From positions 1 to 25,287 of the IMG/VR virus record IMGVR_UViG_3300033067_000245: DNA of 25,287 bases. One strand, 5' to 3'. Positions 7,728 through 14,701 of the stretch are shown piece after piece. The stretch is from a virus. Taxonomy: Duplodnaviria > Caudoviricetes. The notes under the pieces were generated by a model, which worked only from the letters and a program-made list of their open reading frames with translations, ran no database searches and was not told where the DNA came from. Both the position numbers and the translations under genes were made by a program. Within the stretch, counting starts at the first letter, position 1. The number at the start of each line of letters is the position of its first letter.

Positions 7728-7801
7728 CGAATCAGTCCCGCGAATCAGGCAGCGAATCACCCCCCATGTATAAAACGAATCACCCCTCGATAGACGAATC
7801 G
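7728..7801 (-). repeat. Five co-oriented CGAATC repeats (GANTC, reading YGATTCG on the - strand)
   Basis: CGAATC starts at 7728, 7741, 7753, 7776 and 7795. Confidence 0.85.
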
Positions 7802-7843
7802 TTGCAACCGATGTATATTATGGAATTGTAATATACCAAGGCA

Positions 7844-7859
7844 TGTTCCACGTGAAACA
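7844..7859. promoter_or_regulatory. parS: Bacterial chromosomal-type parS site
   Basis: TGTTCCACGTGAAACA, an exact match to the ParB/Spo0J consensus TGTTNCACGTGAAACA, in non-coding DNA. Confidence 0.85.
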
Positions 7860-8115
7860 CTTATGGAAAGTATTAAGTATGTATGTGTTATGGATAAGTT
7901 AATACGGTAACAATTGAGGTAGTGTTGTATAAACGCAACACCTAACATAACTCTAGTCCATATTATTGTTTGCAATCAACAACATAATTACTTGACATAA
8001 TGTGTGATATATATGCAACACTTATATACAATGCCAGGTATCTTATGTTTAATTATGTGGGAATAGAATCCTATTAACCATTGTAATTTATTAACATTGT
8101 CTAACAATGTAATGG

Positions 8116-8128
8116 AATCAATAACTTA
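8116..8128 (+). promoter_or_regulatory. IHF consensus site
   Basis: AATCAATAACTTA matches WATCAANNNNTTR. Confidence 0.5.
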
Positions 8129-8333
8129 AATAAATATATTAGTTAGCATAATATACATTATCACACAACAAATGTAAAATAGATTGGAAACGCGGATTAT
8201 GTAAAACGTTAGAAACGCAAGGGGGGAGGGGAAAATTTGATGCGTGGGGGAATAGGTATTAGACACCTGTAAAATTTGCGCAAAAATTTCAAAAAGGGGT
8301 GTATACTTAGAGTTGTGTCTATTAATATAATTA

Positions 8334-8346
8334 AATCAACTACTTA
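8334..8346 (+). promoter_or_regulatory. IHF consensus site overlapping the TerS-like stop codon
   Basis: AATCAACTACTTA matches WATCAANNNNTTR. Confidence 0.45.
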
Positions 8347-9011
8347 ATAAATAGACTATCTATCTCTTCGAGGGGACCATCGTCATCATCTTCAAAAGAA
8401 GAAGGTTTGTAGTCTGGGTTTATAGGGTCTGTTGTTGCGAAGGTATCGGGGGAAAGGGATATGGGGATATCGGAGGTTTCTACGATATCGTCGTCTGTAG
8501 CGGTGTCGTCTGTCGGGAGCTCTACTTCATTGTTGAATTTAATGATTTCTTCTTCCAGGATTTCTTCTTTGATTTTCTGCTCGATGACTTCTTGTGTGTC
8601 TTCCTTGCGCCCTCTGTTGTCGACTTCAAGGTCTCCTGCGATAATGGGGGTGATGGAGATGTCAGAGTATTTATCTTCCAAGATGTCCAGGAAACGTAGG
8701 ATATTCGATTCCAAGGTTCCTTCATTAGCGAAGACGTCTATAAGATTATCTTTACGGTGTTTATCGAAAAGACCGAATTTCTCCCCAAGAAGCTCAAGAG
8801 CTTTAACGTTTCCTTCTAAGGCTTCTCCCATTAAACCTGAGATGATGAAATCTTCATCTAGTTCTGTCGTTAACTTTCTATTAACTTCTTTAGTGAGTTT
8901 GCTTGAAGAAGTGGAGGAATCACCATTAAGGATTGAATCAATAATATCTTTTTGAGATTGGGAAACATCCCTATTCTTAGGAGTCTTGTTCTTATTATGT
9001 TTTCTTTTCAT
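8340..9011 (-). CDS. Putative terminase small subunit-like protein with a long acidic tail
   Basis: DFIISGLMGEA...VKALELLGEKFGLF resembles the TerS oligomerisation-region motif (ALELLGKxxGxF). Adjacent to TerL, basic N-terminus. ORF is secure, function moderately supported. Confidence 0.6.
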   Translation of the reverse strand: MKRKHNKNKTPKNRDVSQSQKDIIDSILNGDSSTSSSKLTKEVNRKLTTELDEDFIISGLMGEALEGNVKALELLGEKFGLFDKHRKDNLIDVFANEGTLESNILRFLDILEDKYSDISITPIIAGDLEVDNRGRKEDTQEVIEQKIKEEILEEEIIKFNNEVELPTDDTATDDDIVETSDIPISLSPDTFATTDPINPDYKPSSFEDDDDGPLEEIDSLFIK

Positions 9012-9055
9012 GATGTTAATATAACTATATTAAGGTGTAAAAAGGGTATATAAAC

Positions 9056-9084
9056 AATATAGACGTAACATCTTATTTAGTCAA
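9056..9084 (-). promoter_or_regulatory. sigma70-type promoter for the TerS-like gene
   Basis: TTGACT (9084-9079), 17 nt, TATATT (9061-9056). Confidence 0.6.
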
Positions 9085-9150
9085 TAAGAAGTATTTATAT
9101 ATTATAGAATCATAATATACTAATAATACTAATAATAAAATATAACGTAT

Positions 9151-9163
9151 TATCAAACAGTTA
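9151..9163 (+). promoter_or_regulatory. IHF consensus site
   Basis: TATCAAACAGTTA matches WATCAANNNNTTR. Confidence 0.5.
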
Positions 9164-9181
9164 ATACTGTCTAGGAAATTT

Positions 9182-9635
9182 TAACATCTTGAGGAATAAG
9201 AAAAATACACCAAAGTGTGTTTTTCCCGAAAGATGTTACCTTAATCCCCATTGTTGTAACGACTAAATGTTACAACCGCACACGTAAGCGCGAGAGGCGA
9301 CCAAGGAAAACCCTCTTGGATGTTATTTAGACACGGGCTATTAATCGCTTACACCCATCTTTGTGGTGGCGAGAAATGGCTTGGTTTTAAAACCTATACG
9401 AGGATACGGCCTCGACCAGTACGGTATTGTTTTTTTCTGAAGTCTATGTACTGATATTTATAGACTCTGACCTTTTTAGGGGTAACCTTCTTCTTTTTAT
9501 AAGGTCTAAAGTTATCTCTGTCTGAGGTTTCCTACTAGTCCTTATCCGAGAGAGTTCAAGATGCTCGGACATCCCCATTCTGGCGTATATACAAATCAGC
9601 TTCTTGTAACTGACCTTTTAATCCAGACAGGGTAA
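9182..9635 (+). ncRNA. Candidate large structured non-coding element (RNA or ssDNA) between TerS-like and TerL genes
   Basis: About ten consecutive or nested stems in about 450 nt with no ORF of 60 aa or more. Non-canonical pairs read as G.U on the + strand. Confidence 0.6.
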
Positions 9636-9682
9636 AGTATATCACACAACAGTTGAAAGTGTCAAACTATTTGTGGTATAGT
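9636..9682. promoter_or_regulatory. Overlapping divergent sigma70-type promoters
   Basis: + strand: TTGAAA (9653-9658), 18 nt, TATAGT (9677-9682) with extended TGn, toward TerL. - strand: TTGACA (9665-9660), 18 nt, TATACT (9641-9636) with TGn, into the structured element. Confidence 0.55.
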
Positions 9683-9723
9683 ATCAATCTTAAGCGGTAT
9701 TATTTTATTTTTCAAGGATTTAA

Positions 9724-11340
9724 ATGTTAGATAATAAGGACATAAATAGAATAAGGTTCTTAGTTACGACGAAGAAGTTAAACAGGTTCGATAAAATTAA
9801 GTTATTGGAAATGTTGATACATTACGCATGCGTCAGGGCCCGTAAGGATTTTTATACGTATCACAAGTTAATTGCCCCTATTGTTCTTCCTGAGACGTAC
9901 AGGGACGGAAGGCACATTAAGTTGCTTTGCGGGTTGTTGCAACGGACGGTAGAGTCGGTAGAGGGGACCCAGAAGAAAAAGGTACAGCCGATGGTTTCCC
10001 TTCCTCCTGGGGCGTCTAAGTCGGTGACATGTTCTCAGAGTTGCCCTTCTTGGGCTTTAGGCCGTAACCCGAATTGGTACATCCTGGCTGTCGGGCACAC
10101 GATTGACTTTGCGGTCGATACGTTCGGTCGTAAGACCCAAGACATCATGCGTAGCCAGATTTACCAGACGGTGTTCCCCGAGGTAACCTTACGGGAGGAC
10201 GTAACGGCTGCGGGGCGTTGGGCGACTGAGCAGAAGGGGACGTTTCTTTGTGCGGGTGCTGGTAAGTCGATTGCAGGACGACGGGGGCACTTGATTATTG
10301 CAGACGACGTTATCTCAGAACAGACGGCTGCGAGTAAGGACGAGACCCAGAAGATTATTGATTGGTACCCAGGTGGTCTCCTGTCCCGTAAACTTCCCCA
10401 AGGGGCGATTATACATGTCGCGACTCGATGGCTGCCTGATGACCTTATCGGGTTCGTTCAGAAGCAGGAACGTAAACGGAAGTTCGAAGACAGAACACAC
10501 GTTCAATTCTCTGTCCCTGCCCTTTTGGATGAACGGATGGCTGAGTTCTTTAAGTTACCCGTCAATACGTCTTTCTGGCCTGAATACTGGCCGACACACG
10601 TCTTCGAGGAGATTAGAGACACTTCAGGGATTTCTGTTCCTCGGTGGAGTTGCCTGTACATGCAAAACCCCATCCCTGAAAGTGGAAATATCATTAAGTA
10701 CGAGTGGTGTCAGACGTGGGAACACTCGGAGATACCACCCCTGGAGTTCGTCATTCTTTCTTTAGATACCGCAGGGACGACGAAGAAGGAGAATGACTCG
10801 ACGGGGTACGCGGTGACAGGGGTCTTTAAGAGGTTGATTAGAGGGCACGACGGGAAAGAGTACTCGTCGTCACATCTTCTTCTTCTGAAGGGCGGGGAGG
10901 AAAGATTGAATTTCGTAGGGTTATTGAAACTCGTCGACGACATCTACAAGGAATATACCCCCGATGTCTTACTCGTCGAGAATGCTCCTGTCGCCCTGGC
11001 GTTCATCCAGGAGTTAGAGCGACGAGGTTATCCTGTCGTTAAGTATCGCGGGAAAGGGGATAAGGTTACCCGTATGGAAGCGGCCAGCCCATTCTTCCAA
11101 CAAGGGAGAATTTGGTTCCCTGATACGAAGTGGGCTAAGACGTTAATCGGGTACCTCGCCCAATTCCCGAAAAGACAGCACGACGACTTCGACGACGCTT
11201 TGTCGCAGACCATCCTTTGGGTACGGGATTCAAACCTCGTCGGGTCCCAAAGTTATTTGGATGACCCTGACGAAGAAGACGGTGGAGGTCCATCGACAGG
11301 AAGCAGAGGCGTCTACAGTTATTGGAGTTCAGCGAAGTAA
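9724..11340 (+). CDS. terL: Terminase large subunit
   Basis: Walker A-like SLPPGASKS, Walker B LIIADD, ATRW coupling motif, LYMQNP, RNase H-like nuclease SLDTA ... HDDFDDA. Confidence 0.95.
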   Translation: MLDNKDINRIRFLVTTKKLNRFDKIKLLEMLIHYACVRARKDFYTYHKLIAPIVLPETYRDGRHIKLLCGLLQRTVESVEGTQKKKVQPMVSLPPGASKSVTCSQSCPSWALGRNPNWYILAVGHTIDFAVDTFGRKTQDIMRSQIYQTVFPEVTLREDVTAAGRWATEQKGTFLCAGAGKSIAGRRGHLIIADDVISEQTAASKDETQKIIDWYPGGLLSRKLPQGAIIHVATRWLPDDLIGFVQKQERKRKFEDRTHVQFSVPALLDERMAEFFKLPVNTSFWPEYWPTHVFEEIRDTSGISVPRWSCLYMQNPIPESGNIIKYEWCQTWEHSEIPPLEFVILSLDTAGTTKKENDSTGYAVTGVFKRLIRGHDGKEYSSSHLLLLKGGEERLNFVGLLKLVDDIYKEYTPDVLLVENAPVALAFIQELERRGYPVVKYRGKGDKVTRMEAASPFFQQGRIWFPDTKWAKTLIGYLAQFPKRQHDDFDDALSQTILWVRDSNLVGSQSYLDDPDEEDGGGPSTGSRGVYSYWSSAK

Positions 11341-11476
11341 AACCCCGTCCCCCCATAAAACATTCCTTCTTCAAAGGTTTTATGGTATAAGGGTAATATA
11401 TGGAATTTTAATAATACACGGTCCCCATACACACACATACTCACCACTACGTTTACCTATAGAGCGCGGATAAAGA

Positions 11477-13876
11477 ATGACTGTATCTTCTTTCAGAGAC
11501 ACCACCCCAAAGAATGAACTACCAAAAGACTCTTCGGCCCTCGCGGAAGATGTAGGTCCTATCGAAATTCCATCGGAGTTGATTGCAGGACTGGTCGACG
11601 AAGCCGACATCACGAAGATGGAAGACATCGTGATGAGCCAGGCGAACTCTCAACACTTCGATAACTTAGTTGAGCTTTTTAGAAAAACGGCTGAAGATGA
11701 ACTTCGTCTTGATACAATCGCTCAGAATGTTATTGTAAGGTACGAGAACGATAAACTAACACGCTCTACTTTAGAAGATACTTTGAAGAATGGTTTCGAT
11801 AGATTGACTCCTGCGAGTATGTCGAACTCGGGGTCAATGCCTTTCGAAGGGGCTTGTGAAATTGTTCACCCGTTAATTCGTGAGAACGCTGTTAAGTACC
11901 AAGCTAAGTTCTGTAAGGCCCTTCTTCCGCCTCCTGGTCCGTTTAAGATGGACATCGACGACATAGATATTCCGAACATCGAAGCTGACGCTAAGAAGTA
12001 CGAAGCTCGTCTGAACAACATGGCGAAGAGAAAGATGAAGTTCGATAGAGAACAAGAAAGATTGTTCTTCTATTTGACGGTAGCGGGTACCGCCTTCAAG
12101 AAAGTTTCTTTCGATTACAATAAACGTGTTCCTCGTTCGGAATTTATCCGAATTGAAGATTTTGTCGTATCAGACCTCGCTAAAGATTTAGATACGGCTG
12201 AGTGTTATACACATTTCGTCAGACGTTCTAAGATGGAATTGCAAAGAGATATTGCAAATGGTCTGTACGAAGATATTATTGATGACCTAGCTTTGGTTCG
12301 TCCCCAAGAAGACGAGTTGAAAGAAGCGACCGCTAATGCAATGGACGAGCCTGAGATTTCCCAAGAGACGGAAGTTTATGAGCTACTCGAACAGTATTGT
12401 TATTTAGATTTATCTGATATTGACCCTGAGGCGAAGGATGTTAAGTTCCCTCTTCCTTACCAAGTAACGGTCGACAGAAATACAAACCGTGTTTTAAGTA
12501 TCCGTAGAAACTGGATGGGCAACGATACCTCATTCTCAAAAATTGTAAATTTCTTTGTTTACGTATTTGTCCCAGGTACAGGTTTCTACGGTTTGGGTTT
12601 ATTCCACCTGTTGACGGACTTCCAACAAACCTTGACGGCAATCACCCGCTCTTTAGTTGACTCCGCTTCTTTCGCTAACTTAAATGCGGGATTCAAGAAA
12701 AAAGGAATTCGTTGGAAAGGGGACAGTGGTCCTCTCAAACCAGGTGAGTTCAGAGACATCGAGATTTTAGATAACACTAAAATTCAAGACGTCTTGATGC
12801 CGCTTCCTTTCAAAGAACCTTCAGCGACTCTTTTCAATTTGATGAAAGACTTGACAGCTCAAGGTCAGAAGTTCGCAGACAACCTCGACCAAGCCGTCAA
12901 TGAATCGGCTAACTACGGTAAAGTCGGAACGACGTTGGCAATCCTCGAAGAGAGTGCTGGTTTCTTCTCGTCTATCTTCCAACGCGTCTATGGGTACATG
13001 CTCGATGAGTTGGAATACATTGCTAAATTAGCAGCCGATGAAATCGGGAGAGATTTCTTGGTTGCCCTATCGCCTGACGGTGGTTTAGTGATTAAACCAG
13101 CCTCAGACCCGAACTACCCAACACGTTCTCACCGTATGCAACTTGCTCAAGCAAAACTGAACCTGGCCCTTCAGTCACCACAAGTCCATAACATGCCAGA
13201 GGCTTACCGTACTTTCTATAGGTCCTTAGGGGAATCGGAAGAGACAATTTCTAAGATTGTTCCTGCGCCAGAAGATGCCCAACCGCAAGACCCTGTTTCT
13301 GACATCATGGCGGCAAGCCAAGGCCGTCCAATTAAAGCCTTCGAAGGTCAAGACCACGATGCCCACATCTCGATTAAGACGATGTTCGTCCAAGACCCGA
13401 CAAACCAGAACCAACTTTTGGGACCAACGCTTCAGAGTCTCCAAGCGAACATTAAAGAACACATGATGTTGAAATACTTGGAACAGATGAAGGGTTTACA
13501 GAAACAAATCCAACAGCAGCAAGCCGTCGTCGCTGAACAAGCGCAAGCTATGGCTGCACAACAAGTTCTTCAGATGAACCAGGCAATCGCTCAACAACAA
13601 GCGAATGGTGGTCAAGATAACCCTGAGATGGTCTACGCTCAAGCGGAGATGAAGAAAGCTCAAGCCTTAGAAGACAAGGAAAAGTTCGACCGTGTAACGA
13701 AGACTCTGGGAACCATCCTTAATGCTTCAAAACTTGACCTCGAAGAGACGAAAGAGGAGAACCGAGCAAAAGAACAGGCGGTCAAGCTCGGTCTGGACGC
13801 CAAGAAACAAGACTTGACGGTCAGTAAAGAGCTTTTCAACATGACGAAAGAAAATCTTGACCCTTGGATGGACTAG
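11477..13876 (+). CDS. Portal protein (P22-like, with Gln-rich C-terminal barrel)
   Basis: Follows TerL. PFEGAC.IVHPLI.E, GTAFKKV, F.PG.GFYGLG, L.PGEFRD and QDHDAHI motifs, Q/A-rich helical tail. Confidence 0.92.
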   Translation: MTVSSFRDTTPKNELPKDSSALAEDVGPIEIPSELIAGLVDEADITKMEDIVMSQANSQHFDNLVELFRKTAEDELRLDTIAQNVIVRYENDKLTRSTLEDTLKNGFDRLTPASMSNSGSMPFEGACEIVHPLIRENAVKYQAKFCKALLPPPGPFKMDIDDIDIPNIEADAKKYEARLNNMAKRKMKFDREQERLFFYLTVAGTAFKKVSFDYNKRVPRSEFIRIEDFVVSDLAKDLDTAECYTHFVRRSKMELQRDIANGLYEDIIDDLALVRPQEDELKEATANAMDEPEISQETEVYELLEQYCYLDLSDIDPEAKDVKFPLPYQVTVDRNTNRVLSIRRNWMGNDTSFSKIVNFFVYVFVPGTGFYGLGLFHLLTDFQQTLTAITRSLVDSASFANLNAGFKKKGIRWKGDSGPLKPGEFRDIEILDNTKIQDVLMPLPFKEPSATLFNLMKDLTAQGQKFADNLDQAVNESANYGKVGTTLAILEESAGFFSSIFQRVYGYMLDELEYIAKLAADEIGRDFLVALSPDGGLVIKPASDPNYPTRSHRMQLAQAKLNLALQSPQVHNMPEAYRTFYRSLGESEETISKIVPAPEDAQPQDPVSDIMAASQGRPIKAFEGQDHDAHISIKTMFVQDPTNQNQLLGPTLQSLQANIKEHMMLKYLEQMKGLQKQIQQQQAVVAEQAQAMAAQQVLQMNQAIAQQQANGGQDNPEMVYAQAEMKKAQALEDKEKFDRVTKTLGTILNASKLDLEETKEENRAKEQAVKLGLDAKKQDLTVSKELFNMTKENLDPWMD

Positions 13877-13885
13877 TGGTATAAG
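13857..13885 (+). promoter_or_regulatory. sigma70-type promoter
   Basis: TTGACC, 17 nt, TATAAG with extended TGn, followed by hairpin AAGACACGT...ACGTGTTTT (13883-13910). Confidence 0.55.
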
Positions 13886-13933
13886 ACACGTTAAGTAAAA
13901 GACGTGTTTTAAACCCCTAAAAAGCCCAATCTT

Positions 13934-14137
13934 ATGTCAATTCCCCTTAGATTACAATCACTTACGGCCCCTGAGATAGCCTCTATTCTTGATGAATTAA
14001 TAGAGGAAATGAAGGATAATGTCGTTTTCGGTAACACGGACATGGAGTCGATGTTGATTTCCAAAGGTAAAGTCCGTGGGGCTTTAGACGTAAAAGCACG
14101 TTTTCAGTCGATTTTCGATGAAACTGACAGTCTATAG
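13934..14137 (+). CDS. Small conserved head-module protein, 67 aa
   Basis: Position after the portal, G....Y/M...G...G helical hairpin pattern. Confidence 0.75.
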   Translation: MSIPLRLQSLTAPEIASILDELIEEMKDNVVFGNTDMESMLISKGKVRGALDVKARFQSIFDETDSL

Positions 14138-14165
14138 AGAGCAAAAGAGAAAAGGAAAGAAGTCA

Positions 14166-14585
14166 ATGAGTTACGATAGTCTTATGCCCGTTAGTGGTGG
14201 TGGTAACGCCTTAGAGACACACATCACGGATTCAGATGTCCCTAACCCAGAACCACTACCGAAGATGGGTCGCTACAATCTTCTCGTCCGTCCGATGGCG
14301 GTTAAGAAGAAATCAAAAGGTGGTATCCTTCTCCCAGACGTATCCCGTGAGAACATCCACTACCTTCAAACCGTAGGGCAAGTCGTCTCTATGGGTCCAG
14401 ATTGTTTCAACGGGGAGAAAGCTACCCCCGCCTGTGAGGTCGGGGACTACGTAGTGTGGTCGAGAGGCCGCGGTGTTCGTATGTGTTACAAAGGCGTTAA
14501 ATTTGTCGTCCTGGTAGACGATGAGGTTCTTATGACGGTACCAGACCCAACCGACCTTAACGAGAACTACGATACTGAAAAATAA
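14166..14585 (+). CDS. groES: GroES/Cpn10-like co-chaperonin
   Basis: LLVRP...KSKGGILLP mobile loop, GQVVSMGP, EVGDYV and DDEVL motifs. Start moved to ATG 14166 behind AAAGGAAAG. Confidence 0.88.
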   Translation: MSYDSLMPVSGGGNALETHITDSDVPNPEPLPKMGRYNLLVRPMAVKKKSKGGILLPDVSRENIHYLQTVGQVVSMGPDCFNGEKATPACEVGDYVVWSRGRGVRMCYKGVKFVVLVDDEVLMTVPDPTDLNENYDTEK

Positions 14586-14701
14586 TGTTTTGTCTTAATC
14601 GGGGTTTGGAGTATAATCCTCGGTATGGTCGTTAAATAAAACCCCGTTGCTCGAAGGCCGACCACGAAGTAACGTAAAAAAGAAAAGAACGGAGACCCAC
14701 G

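Noticed and set aside
7728-7801. CRISPR-like mini-array
   Set aside because: Repeats are only 6-7 nt with irregular 6-17 nt gaps.
7889-7897. DnaA box (TATGGATAA versus TGTGGATAA)
   Set aside because: Single site with a mismatch in AT-rich DNA, not distinguishable from chance.
7757-7975. 72-aa ORF across the parS/GANTC region
   Set aside because: TTG start, no RBS, overlies regulatory repeats.
8074-8081. CtrA site (TTAACCAT)
   Set aside because: Only a short variant. I found no full TTAA-N7-TTAA in this region.
9182-9635. Group I/II intron or retron msr-msd
   Set aside because: It does not interrupt a gene, I could not identify intron core motifs, and no RT or homing endonuclease is in the window.
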